From contig JAGMCT010000023.1 of assembly GCA_023129075.1 (NCBI GenBank), positions 811-64,810 on the forward strand: a stretch of 64,000 nt of DNA. Reading direction: 5' to 3'. This stretch comes from Candidatus Micrarchaeota archaeon (GTDB lineage Archaea; Micrarchaeota; Micrarchaeia; Anstonellales; Bilamarchaeaceae). Below the pieces are notes generated by a model. The model was not told where the DNA came from. It saw nothing but the letters and a program-made list of their open reading frames with translations, and did no database searches. The stretch's first letter is position 1. The number at the start of each line of letters is the position of its first letter. Shown here in pieces: positions 36,087-44,702 of the stretch. Position numbers and translations under genes: made by a program.

Positions 36087-37358
36087 TTATCTTTTTCCTG
36101 GGAGAACATTGTCAAGCAGAATGGCTATCGAAGCACCGGTTGCTATGCCTGACTGGAGAAGAATAGAAACATACTCTGGAAGCCCTGCCAGCACATCCGC
36201 TGGTACAAAACCGCAGCCAACCCCTGCTATAAGCGCCACACCAATAACAAACATATTCCTTGTGGTTATCTCAACCCCTTCTTTTATTATCCTAAATCCT
36301 GTGAGCGCTATCATCCCGTAGAGGACAAGTGTTGCACCACCGATTACAGAGAGGGGGATTGTTGAGAGCAACGAAGAAACTGCTGGCAGCAGGGAGAGCA
36401 GAATAAGGATGGCGCCTCCTATTGCAACGATATACCTGCTTGCAACGCCCGTTATTGCAACAACCCCTATGTTTTCAGAGTATGATGTTGTTCCAACCCC
36501 TCCAATCAACCCTGAGAAAAGAGAGCCAAAACCCTCTGTTGCAATACCTCTGTTTATCCTTTCCTTGGTAACCTTCACGCCTGAAACAGAGGAAACAGCA
36601 TAATAATCACCAACACTTTCCACCATTGAAACAATAAAAGCAATTATGAATGCTATGATGATCGGAAGCTCAAAAACAGGGGCACCCCAGGGAAAGAAAG
36701 ATGGAAATGAGAAGAGGGGAACACTGAGTACTGGTGAGATATCAACAAAACCAAACGGGATTGAAATCATATACCCTATTGCAATGCCCAGGAAGATTGG
36801 AACGAGTTTTGGGAACCCTCTTGAAAGTGCAAAGAACATCACGAAGGAAGCGGTTACGATGGCGACAATTATTCCTCCTATTCCAGAGGACAGCGAAGAA
36901 TTGACAGCAATCCCTGCCAGAGAAAGACCAATCAGGGCAATCGTTGTGCCTGTGACTGCAGGAGTGAAGAATTTTCTGAGAAATCCGACGATACCTGAGA
37001 GGCCGGCAATGAATTCAAAGAATCCGCCTACAATCAACGCCCCTTGTACAGCTACCATTCCTGCAGATGGAATTGCTGCAAGCATTGGAGGAAGGAATAC
37101 AAAACTGGAGCCCTGGACTATTGGGAGTTTTGAACCGAAAAGGGATTGGATAAGGGTTGCAACACCCATTGCCAAAAGAACTGCCTGGATGAAGATTATC
37201 TGCTCGGCTGGGGAGAAACCAGCAGCCTGTGAAATTATCAATGGAACAACAACGGTTGCACCGAACATACTGAGTACATGCTGTAGGGCAAGAGGAATCG
37301 AGATATGAAGAGGGGGAAACTCATTCAGCTTAATCCTTGGTGTCTTCATCCCTTCCAC
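36087..37358 (-). CDS. NCS2/NAT-family nucleobase (xanthine/uracil) permease
   Basis: 423 aa polytopic membrane protein with the NAT signature region QHVLSMFGATVVVPLI. Confidence 0.75.
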   Translation of the reverse strand: MEGMKTPRIKLNEFPPLHISIPLALQHVLSMFGATVVVPLIISQAAGFSPAEQIIFIQAVLLAMGVATLIQSLFGSKLPIVQGSSFVFLPPMLAAIPSAGMVAVQGALIVGGFFEFIAGLSGIVGFLRKFFTPAVTGTTIALIGLSLAGIAVNSSLSSGIGGIIVAIVTASFVMFFALSRGFPKLVPIFLGIAIGYMISIPFGFVDISPVLSVPLFSFPSFFPWGAPVFELPIIIAFIIAFIVSMVESVGDYYAVSSVSGVKVTKERINRGIATEGFGSLFSGLIGGVGTTSYSENIGVVAITGVASRYIVAIGGAILILLSLLPAVSSLLSTIPLSVIGGATLVLYGMIALTGFRIIKEGVEITTRNMFVIGVALIAGVGCGFVPADVLAGLPEYVSILLQSGIATGASIAILLDNVLPGKR

Positions 37359-37389
37359 TCTCTTTGTTAATATTTTTAAATTTAGTGGA

Positions 37390-37405
37390 TGTAACTATAG
37401 TTACA
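37390..37405. repeat. palindrome TGTAACTATAGTTACA (copy A2)
   Basis: Lies in the divergent promoter region between the permease (-) and the Cys-rich repeat protein (+). Confidence 0.8.
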
Positions 37406-37443
37406 AATCCCAAAGAAATCATTTAAATAGTTTATGGGGGAGA

Positions 37444-38304
37444 ATGGATAAGAAGGTGGAAATAATGAAAAGATTGTTCATTGGAGTTATAGTTTTTGCG
37501 TTTATTTTTACTGCTGGGTGCATCGGCGGCTGCTCTTCTGATGCAGACTGTAATACCTGGGAAAAGTGCGATGTAGAAAACAACGTGTGCATTCTGAAGG
37601 AAGGTTACTGTTATTCAGATACTGATTGTGAAGGAGAATTCAAAACCTGTGATACCTTAACCACTCATAGATGCGTAGTCAAGGAAGGAAGATGTTTGGG
37701 GGATGCAGACTGCGAATCCTGGCAAGTCTGCGATTCTGAAAACTATTGCAAAGCCCTTCCAGGCTTCTGTATGGGAGAAGAAGACTGCACTTCAGAAATA
37801 GATTACTGCAGTTCTGATACACACAAGTGCGAACCGCTTGAAGGCTATTGCTATAATGATTATAATTGTAATGCATGGGAAAGATGCGATATCCCAAGAA
37901 ATACCTGTATTGCAATGGAAGGAAGATGCAACATAGATTCTGAATGCAAGGCATGGGAAGAGTGCAGCAACGAGACCCATTTCTGTATTGCAAAGTATGG
38001 ATTCTGCTTAAATGACGGTGATTGTGATTACTGGCAGTATTGTAATGAGCAGACACACAGATGCTCTACTCTGACAGGTTTCTGTGAAAGGGACGTAGAA
38101 TGCAAGGAATGGCAGTACTGTGATACAGAAACACATCTCTGCGATTCAAAAAAAGGATACTGCAGTACAAATGCAGATTGTGAGGATTGGGAATCCTGCT
38201 GGGCTCACGATCACAAATGTGTTGCCAAGTCAGGAAGATGCAACACGAATGCAGACTGCAGTTATAATGAGTACTGTGATTTGAAAACTCATTACTGTGA
38301 ATAG
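37444..38304 (+). CDS. secreted/lipoprotein cysteine-rich tandem-repeat protein
   Basis: Signal peptide MKRLFIGVIVFAFIFTAGCIGGC, then ~10 repeats of ~26 aa with consensus G+C.xDxDCxxWExCDxExxxC…EG and 3 Cys per repeat. Confidence 0.6.
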   Translation: MDKKVEIMKRLFIGVIVFAFIFTAGCIGGCSSDADCNTWEKCDVENNVCILKEGYCYSDTDCEGEFKTCDTLTTHRCVVKEGRCLGDADCESWQVCDSENYCKALPGFCMGEEDCTSEIDYCSSDTHKCEPLEGYCYNDYNCNAWERCDIPRNTCIAMEGRCNIDSECKAWEECSNETHFCIAKYGFCLNDGDCDYWQYCNEQTHRCSTLTGFCERDVECKEWQYCDTETHLCDSKKGYCSTNADCEDWESCWAHDHKCVAKSGRCNTNADCSYNEYCDLKTHYCE

Positions 38305-38307
38305 AGG

Positions 38308-38580
38308 TTATTCCCTTCTATTCCATAATTTTCTTTTTTTATACATCTGCTCTTTAGCTATTACCAGCAATTCATTTCCCGCCCTTAATGCTTCATCCGG
38401 AGAGAGTTTTATTGCAACCTTCCCAGTGGTATTCATTATTCTAAGGGTGATTATTCCATCTCTTGGAAATCCATTTACCTCTGAAGGGGATTCACTCTCT
38501 ATTCTCAGCACTGTTCTGTGCTGCTCCGCTTTATCATCCTTCCACCAATGGATTACCTCTCCCTCTATCATACAAAACAC
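38308..38580 (-). CDS. small hypothetical protein
   Basis: 90-aa ORF with no recognisable motif; tightly placed between neighbouring genes. Confidence 0.3.
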   Translation of the reverse strand: MFCMIEGEVIHWWKDDKAEQHRTVLRIESESPSEVNGFPRDGIITLRIMNTTGKVAIKLSPDEALRAGNELLVIAKEQMYKKRKLWNRRE

Positions 38581-38672
38581 CCGGTCGCATATAAACCAGA
38601 ATCCTAATTGTTTTTAAATAAAAGGAGACACCTCATTTCCGGTGTTTCCGGTATCTTTTTATAAAAAAATAG

Positions 38673-39371
38673 CTACTCAGGCAAAGCATACAGAAATTCA
38701 TTTTTACTCTTCACAATACTAATATCTGTTTCTTCCTTTATGCTTAAAGTAAGCTGGCCATCAAGTACAACGTCTGCCTTATCCTTTACCTTTACCTTGA
38801 TTTCTATTGAACCATCAAATATCTCCGGGCCCACCTTTCTTCTGTAAGGTGCAAGAGGCACAACCTCTATCTTATCCTCTTTTGCAGGTATCTCCTCCCC
38901 GCCTGCAGAATATGCATAGCTTGTTGAACCTGTAGGGGTTGAGACTATAAGGCCGTCTCCTTCAAACTCTTTTTTCTCTCCATCTATTTCATATTCTATT
39001 GGAATTACCCTGTGAACCACTCCCAAAACTGCAACATCGTTTATCGCATCTCCGAAATATTTCCCTCCAACATGGCAGGAGAGCATTATCCTTTTTTCTA
39101 CTTCCTTTCCCTTTATGTATTTCAAAAGGTTTTCCTTCCAATTGTAATTTTTTAACTGGCAGAGATAACTACTTTCGCTTCCTATTCCTATAACCGGCCC
39201 TTCCAATTTATTCTTGAAGAAAAGGATGCTTCCGTCCCCTCCGATAATTATGGTTTTATCAGCATTCATTTCAACTATTTCAACGCCGTTCTCTTTCAGA
39301 AATTCTATTACCTGCTCCTTTGTCTTGTGAGCCCATTCCTTTCGTTCATTTATGATAATCTTTACCTTCAT
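38673..39371 (-). CDS. nadK: NAD(+) kinase
   Basis: GGDGSIL and GDGLIVSTPTGSTSYAYSAGG motifs of PpnK. Confidence 0.8.
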   Translation of the reverse strand: MKVKIIINERKEWAHKTKEQVIEFLKENGVEIVEMNADKTIIIGGDGSILFFKNKLEGPVIGIGSESSYLCQLKNYNWKENLLKYIKGKEVEKRIMLSCHVGGKYFGDAINDVAVLGVVHRVIPIEYEIDGEKKEFEGDGLIVSTPTGSTSYAYSAGGEEIPAKEDKIEVVPLAPYRRKVGPEIFDGSIEIKVKVKDKADVVLDGQLTLSIKEETDISIVKSKNEFLYALPE

Positions 39372-39397
39372 GGTACTGTTTTGAAAGGAATAAGATT

Positions 39398-40186
39398 TTA
39401 ATCCTCACTCTTAAAAGAGGAATGAATCAATACTGCTATATCTGCAGACCTTTTTACAATCATTCTATTATATCTCATACGTTGCAGGTGATCTACCGGT
39501 CTTAATTGAAGTGCATTCTCAAGTCTCATAAGTTCACAAACCATTGCATTCGGTTCTGTTAACTCCCAAATGGGCGCCTCTATCTTATCTCTTGGAAACC
39601 TGAGAGAATCAAGGGCCAGCACTCCAAATAATGAAGCAACGGACATAACCGATTTCGGATATCTATTCAGTACAAGGCTTACCAACTCATGTGAAGAATC
39701 TGCAATCTCAGCAATGCTCTCAAATCCATCGGGCAATGTGCTTCTTCTCATACCTCCTACACTCAAAAGACCGCTTGCAAGTATAAAATCTATATTCTGT
39801 GGCGTATCAACATTAAACGCATCTCCAGTTATATTTGTAACCTTTTCATGATGGGGTAATTCCAACATATCCAAGGCAAAGAATCTGCAGTCAAAACCCA
39901 ACTCTGCAAGTATATGCACTGTTCCTCTGCTTCCTGAACCTATTTCAAGTATTCTTGCATCCTTCAGCATTCTTCCGAGCTCCGCAAGGTTCGGTTCTAT
40001 GCTCAGGGTTTTTTTCAGATGGCAGTAAAGAGCAGAAAGCACCCTTATAGTTGCCGGGGTTCTTATTCTATCCACAAGAGGCGTATTCTCCATCCCAACA
40101 TCAGAAGAGGTTAGCTTAACATTGCGCCGGGCAAAATCACACCTTAAAGATTTTACTGGCAGCATGACTTCATTTTGTGTTGTCAT
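39398..40186 (-). CDS. class I SAM-dependent methyltransferase
   Basis: Motif I ILEIGSGSRGT; higher GC than surrounding genes. Confidence 0.5.
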   Translation of the reverse strand: MTTQNEVMLPVKSLRCDFARRNVKLTSSDVGMENTPLVDRIRTPATIRVLSALYCHLKKTLSIEPNLAELGRMLKDARILEIGSGSRGTVHILAELGFDCRFFALDMLELPHHEKVTNITGDAFNVDTPQNIDFILASGLLSVGGMRRSTLPDGFESIAEIADSSHELVSLVLNRYPKSVMSVASLFGVLALDSLRFPRDKIEAPIWELTEPNAMVCELMRLENALQLRPVDHLQRMRYNRMIVKRSADIAVLIHSSFKSED

Positions 40187-40238
40187 GTATACTATGGTGC
40201 ATATAATTTATTTTAAACCTATGTGCTGAACTTTCTTT

Positions 40239-40973
40239 ATGCTAAAAGAACCAAAAAAAGATTCGCACAAAGGAGAAAATGGAAAACTGGCAATAGTTGC
40301 AGGAGGAAAGGAATACCACGGGGCTCTGCTCTTTGCAATAGAAGGGGCAAAAAGATTTGTTGATTTGATTTATGTAATTAAGAAGGAATGGGCTTCGGGA
40401 ACAGAGACTGCTCTGCGTTCAATTCCGGAGATAATAATCAGAAATAAAAAAATGATAAAAGAATGCGATGCGGTTCTTATAGGGCCTGGAGTAGGAAAAA
40501 ACTTCAACATAACTCCTTATCTCGGGATTACAAAAACTGTTATTGACGGAGACGGGCTTAATGCAGTAACCCTCTCCCAGCTAAGAAAAACCATAATTAC
40601 GCCTCATGAAGAAGAATTTCAAAGGCTTTTTGGAATAAAAGGAACAAAGGAAAATGTAACGAAGATGGCCAAAAAGCACGGGTGCACCATCCTGAAAAAA
40701 GGAAAAGAGGATATCATCTCGGATGGGAAAACCACCCTCATAAATAAAACAGGAAACGAAGGGCTTACAAAAGGAGGAACAGGAGATATCCTGGCCGGGA
40801 TAACAGCTGCCTTCTTTACAAGAAATGATGCGCTTTCTTCAGCTTATGCAGGAGCATGCATCTTAGGAAAGGCAGGGGATTTGCTCTATAAAGAAAAGAA
40901 ATGGGTTTACGGAACTTCTGAGATTTCCTCAAAACTATCCGAAGCGTATCTACAGTTCAGGAAAGAACGATAA
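40239..40973 (+). CDS. nnrD: NAD(P)H-hydrate dehydratase (YjeF C-terminal domain family)
   Basis: HKGENGKLAIVAGGKEYHGALLFAIEGAKR, LIGPGVG and GGTGDILAGITAAF are typical of the carbohydrate-kinase-like NNR dehydratase. Confidence 0.7.
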   Translation: MLKEPKKDSHKGENGKLAIVAGGKEYHGALLFAIEGAKRFVDLIYVIKKEWASGTETALRSIPEIIIRNKKMIKECDAVLIGPGVGKNFNITPYLGITKTVIDGDGLNAVTLSQLRKTIITPHEEEFQRLFGIKGTKENVTKMAKKHGCTILKKGKEDIISDGKTTLINKTGNEGLTKGGTGDILAGITAAFFTRNDALSSAYAGACILGKAGDLLYKEKKWVYGTSEISSKLSEAYLQFRKER

Positions 40974-41334
40974 CCCCGTAATCATTAAGGATTTCCAAAG
41001 AAGAATATTCTTTTGTTGCACAGGAAAAAGAGCATTTTCCTTCTTTCCTTACTTCAGTTTCATTCAAGGAAAATACAATCTCATTTCCGTTGCATTCAAT
41101 AAAAACCTTTTTTCCAATAGAATAAATCCTTTTATTTCCATCACCAAGAATGCAAATCTCGTTGGAGATAGTTAGAACATCCTGGGCAGCGGTATTCAGA
41201 AATAAAACATCATTCTCTTTCTTCTCCAATTCGCTTATCTGTACTAAAGCGGTTATGGATATCCCTAATAAAGCGAGCCCTACAACCAGCAGCAAAAGAT
41301 ATTCAGCACTTAATTGGGCTTTCACATTTTCCAC
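40957..41334 (-). CDS. archaeal type IV pilin-like protein (class III signal peptide, DUF361-like)
   Basis: N-terminus MENVKAQLSAEYLLLLVVGLALL fits the prepilin cleavage motif K/R-G/A-Q|LS.E followed by a hydrophobic helix. Confidence 0.5.
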   Translation of the reverse strand: MENVKAQLSAEYLLLLVVGLALLGISITALVQISELEKKENDVLFLNTAAQDVLTISNEICILGDGNKRIYSIGKKVFIECNGNEIVFSLNETEVRKEGKCSFSCATKEYSSLEILNDYGVIVLS

Positions 41335-41515
41335 TCAAAAGAATGAATGCGGGATTCTCTATCTCATCAATCTTCTCCATAATCTCATCGCTCTTCTCTT
41401 CTATCTTCTCCCCGCTTTCCTTACCCATCTCTATCATGTAATACGCTGCAAGGGCAACTATCGCAATCAAAACAGCCAGCAGTATCAACATTTCAGCACT
41501 TAATTGGCCTTTCAT
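41303..41515 (-). CDS. archaeal type IV pilin-like protein (class III signal peptide)
   Basis: MKGQLSAEMLILLAVLIAIVALA is a class III signal (KGQ|LSAE) followed by a hydrophobic helix. Confidence 0.5.
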   Translation of the reverse strand: MKGQLSAEMLILLAVLIAIVALAAYYMIEMGKESGEKIEEKSDEIMEKIDEIENPAFILLSGKCESPIKC

Positions 41516-41519
41516 ATTT

Positions 41520-42275
41520 TCACCTTATATAAGAGATATCCTTCGTCTTCTGAGGAAGAACCATCTCTTTTTGTATCTCTTCCTCAATCTTTTTAATTAT
41601 TTTTTCCCTTACTTTTGCTTCCTTTCTCATTTTCTTTAAATCTATCTCAAAACCAAGATACTCAGAAAGCATTGAGAGGATATTCTCTGCTGAATCTATA
41701 TCTACATAATCACCGTGTGTCTCACCCATCAGGCATACGCCCGGAATCTTTCTCAACCCAGCCAGAGCAGGAAGCAGACCTGCTATTCCAACTATTGCTC
41801 CTTTGGATTTCCCGAATATTACCCCTCTTTTCTTGAAAAGTTCTATACTTCTTTTATTATTTGAAGAACCAAATATTCTTTTCTTCTTTTTCAATTTTCC
41901 TGTCCTGTACCCTCCAATAGTTACTATCTCGCTTACCTTATTTTTTTCGCAGAAATCCAGCACCATTCCTGCAATCTCGTACTGTGCTTCGCTTGTAGGG
42001 GCCTGTACATCCCCCAAAAGAACAAGGAGGTCTTTTTTCTTGGTTTTTATAGTATAACATTTGTTTTTTATCAGCCTCAGTCTCCCTCTTTTGGTCATTA
42101 AAACTTGGTGGGGGAAATGAGGGGAATAAAGCTCTGCTATAAGTTTTCCTCCTAACTCATCAACCATATACTTGCACAAAATCTGGCCTATTAATCCTAT
42201 CCCCGGCAACCCCACAAGAAGAATAGGCTCATTCATCTCAACCCTGTTTTTTTCTATTATAACCGTCTCCTTCAT
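41520..42275 (-). CDS. PAC2-family protein (proteasome assembly chaperone-like)
   Basis: PILLVGLPGIGLIGQI is the hallmark N-terminal motif of archaeal PAC2/DUF75 proteins; start set at MKETV, so the upstream extension is dropped. Confidence 0.55.
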   Translation of the reverse strand: MKETVIIEKNRVEMNEPILLVGLPGIGLIGQILCKYMVDELGGKLIAELYSPHFPHQVLMTKRGRLRLIKNKCYTIKTKKKDLLVLLGDVQAPTSEAQYEIAGMVLDFCEKNKVSEIVTIGGYRTGKLKKKKRIFGSSNNKRSIELFKKRGVIFGKSKGAIVGIAGLLPALAGLRKIPGVCLMGETHGDYVDIDSAENILSMLSEYLGFEIDLKKMRKEAKVREKIIKKIEEEIQKEMVLPQKTKDISYIR

Positions 42276-42416
42276 CCTAACACCTTTTTTCCCTCCTGTA
42301 AACTGCATACTTATCCTGGGGTTTGTATGGAGAGGGGTGGGAAGAAACAGTGATTTTCCCGCAGTGCTCAGTTTCAAGAGTATAAGAACTGCAAATCTGA
42401 CATTTTCTTATCTTTT

Positions 42417-43154
42417 TCATTTGTCTTCCTCTAACTCAAGGACATGTCCAATGGCCCCGAGATTTTCATCTATTTTCTTGATTGTTTCTCTTAATTCCTG
42501 CTCTAATGCTTTGGGGTCCTGTCCCTTTGATTTTACGCTGTAGTTCCCCGGACCGAGATAAAGTACATCAATATCTTTCATTGCCTCTTTCAAATGTTCA
42601 ACACCTTCCGGACCAAACACATGCAAATTGAATTTCTTGGTAACTGTAACAATCGGTTTCTTTAGATATTTCTTTGCAATCCCTATGAATTCATTTAGAA
42701 GTTTTTCAGTTATATCAACCTTTTCAGTTCCCTTTTCCTCATCTCTCAGATCCTCAAAGAAATCCAGCGGGTCTTCATATACCTTTTTTATCTCTGCAAA
42801 AATCTTTTCGGCATCAGTCTTTGACTTCAGGTTTTTGAGAGCAACCATCACAAATTTCTTTGCTCTTTTCTCCCTTTTTACTCCTTCAATCTTTTCCTTT
42901 TTCTCTGCTTCATTCACTCTTTTCAAAGAGATATCAATCTGCTGTTTTTGGGGGTCAAGTCTTGTCACCCTGGCAACAACTGTTTGTTTTTCTGAGATAA
43001 ATTCGTGGATGTTCTTTATCCACCGGGGGGCAACCTCGGAGATATGCAGGAACGCTTCCATGTTACCGTATTCAGGAAGAATACAAAAAGCACCATAAGG
43101 AAGAATCTTCTTTATTTCTCCAATAACAAGGTCGTTTTTTTTGGGGTACTCCAT
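42417..43154 (-). CDS. eif2a: translation initiation factor 2 alpha subunit
   Basis: S1 domain LVIGEIKKILPYGAFCILPEYGNMEAFLHISEV and downstream helical and alpha-beta domains; start reassigned to MEYPKKNDLV. Confidence 0.8.
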   Translation of the reverse strand: MEYPKKNDLVIGEIKKILPYGAFCILPEYGNMEAFLHISEVAPRWIKNIHEFISEKQTVVARVTRLDPQKQQIDISLKRVNEAEKKEKIEGVKREKRAKKFVMVALKNLKSKTDAEKIFAEIKKVYEDPLDFFEDLRDEEKGTEKVDITEKLLNEFIGIAKKYLKKPIVTVTKKFNLHVFGPEGVEHLKEAMKDIDVLYLGPGNYSVKSKGQDPKALEQELRETIKKIDENLGAIGHVLELEEDK

Positions 43155-43321
43155 CACTCCACCTTTTCTTTGATAACTGTTCCGCCTACAACTATTACTT
43201 TTCCTCCGCTTGACTCTGTTAACACCTTCCCGCATACTTTGCACTTCACCCTCAAAGTCGCTCTTTCATAAACAACCTGCTCATTTCCACATTCGCATTT
43301 AATTAACATAAAATTTGCCAT
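43154..43321 (-). CDS. rps27e: ribosomal protein S27e
   Basis: C4 zinc finger KCECGNEQVVYERATLRVKCKVCGKVL; start set at MANFMLIKCE. Confidence 0.7.
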   Translation of the reverse strand: MANFMLIKCECGNEQVVYERATLRVKCKVCGKVLTESSGGKVIVVGGTVIKEKVE

Positions 43322-43326
43322 TTTTT

Positions 43327-43623
43327 TTACCTCTGTATCTCCAGTTTTTTCTTTGTTCTTCCGCTTATGGTTCTCTCGTGTTTTTTGTTGCACTCAGGAC
43401 ATATAAGCATAACCCTCTGCCGTTTTCCCTGTTTTTTTACCGTTTTTTCACCGGCCCTCTTACCCCCGTGTCCTTTGAGGCTTTTCTCGTGCTTTCTATT
43501 TCCGATTGACATCTTTCTTGCCCTGCCTTTGCTCGGAATCTTCACCTTATGTACAGTGTGTTTTCTGCAGTAAGGACAATATGTGTTTGTCTCTTTTGGA
43601 AATTTCATTGTTTTCACCTTCAA
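43327..43623 (-). CDS. rpl44e: ribosomal protein L44e
   Basis: MKFPKETNTYCPYCRKHTVHKV…CPECNKKHER zinc-ribbon r-protein; a few N-terminal codons may be extra. Confidence 0.75.
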   Translation of the reverse strand: MKVKTMKFPKETNTYCPYCRKHTVHKVKIPSKGRARKMSIGNRKHEKSLKGHGGKRAGEKTVKKQGKRQRVMLICPECNKKHERTISGRTKKKLEIQR

Positions 43624-44123
43624 ACATTTTCTGCCAGATTGTCTTTTAAGAGTATCGCTGCTTCCTCCTCAGGAAGTTCAACAAGCTGGTCCCCGACGTA
43701 CGGTCCATATATCTTACCGTCTGAACCCTTATACGCGGTTATATCCTTGAGTATCTTAATCCTTTTAATGTTTTCCTTTTTTTCGGTCCAGAAGCTGTTC
43801 ATCCTTTTCTTATTCTTCCATATCACTTCATATACTTCGGCAAGGAATGTGCTTTCTTCTCTAGAGAGAGATTCTGAACTCTGTTTTCCCTTCATTGCCA
43901 TGAATACTATTTTCTCTATTCTCTTTTCCTCTATATCTACAAGTATTTTCTTTATATTTTCATATTCCTTTATCACAAGAAGGGATTCCCCCACCATTGC
44001 TTTGATCTTTTTTTCTTCAAGGACCTTTTTTATTTCTTCATAAAAATTAGGTTCAAGTGTACTTATCTCTGCGGATGATGCTTCCTTTCTCTGCAGTTCT
44101 CTGAGTTTGGCATAATTAAGCAT
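43620..44123 (-). CDS. GINS complex subunit (Gins15/Gins51-like)
   Basis: N-terminal LRELQRKEASSAEISTLEPNFYEEI resembles the archaeal Gins51 A-domain start (ELR.IQRRER…L…FYE). Confidence 0.5.
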   Translation of the reverse strand: MLNYAKLRELQRKEASSAEISTLEPNFYEEIKKVLEEKKIKAMVGESLLVIKEYENIKKILVDIEEKRIEKIVFMAMKGKQSSESLSREESTFLAEVYEVIWKNKKRMNSFWTEKKENIKRIKILKDITAYKGSDGKIYGPYVGDQLVELPEEEAAILLKDNLAENV

Positions 44124-44314
44124 TATTCTATTATAGGGTGTTGGTTTTAAAAATATCAGCCTTCATCGCAGGCGCTCCATCCACACTGTATGCATTCAAT
44201 ACATCCTGCCCTGTGTATAACTCTGCTTCCGCAAACAAGGCATATATTAACTGCCATAAAAATCTATTGTAAAAAGAAAAAGGAAAAAAATAAGAACGAA
44301 TATTGGTTTGTGTT

Positions 44315-44614
44315 TTAGAATCTTCTTCTTCCGCCGCCGCCAAATCCACCGCGTTCTTTTCTTTCTCCCATTGGCCTTGCAATATTTACTCTAAGCTTCA
44401 TGTTCTGGACTTCCTTTCCGTCCGTCTCCTCTATCGCTTTGTCTGCCATTGCATCATCTTCAAAGGTTACGAATCCAAAACCCTTGGACCTTCCTGTATC
44501 CCTATCTGTGATGAGAACTGCCTCGGATATCTCTCCGTATTCGGAGAACAAACCTACCATATCTTCCTTAGTCATGCTGAACGGAAGATTCCCGACATAT
44601 ACTTTCTTGCTCAT
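44315..44614 (-). CDS. RRM-domain RNA-binding protein with Gly-rich tail
   Basis: RNP-2 KVYVGNLPF and RNP-1 RSKGFGFVTFE motifs; C-terminal GGFGGGGRRRF. Confidence 0.75.
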   Translation of the reverse strand: MSKKVYVGNLPFSMTKEDMVGLFSEYGEISEAVLITDRDTGRSKGFGFVTFEDDAMADKAIEETDGKEVQNMKLRVNIARPMGERKERGGFGGGGRRRF

Positions 44615-44702
44615 ACAATCTCCTCTAATTTACTGTAACATAAAATAAACCGGTGCGCATTTAAAGGGTTCGGTCAGGAGTCCCAAGACGGAAGGGGGCT
44701 CC

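Noticed and set aside
36646-37308. 220-aa plus-strand ORF
   Set aside because: Antisense to the NCS2 permease, whose TM-rich translation is far better supported.
44131-44382. 83-aa minus-strand ORF
   Set aside because: Short, no motifs, and overlaps the start region of the RRM gene.
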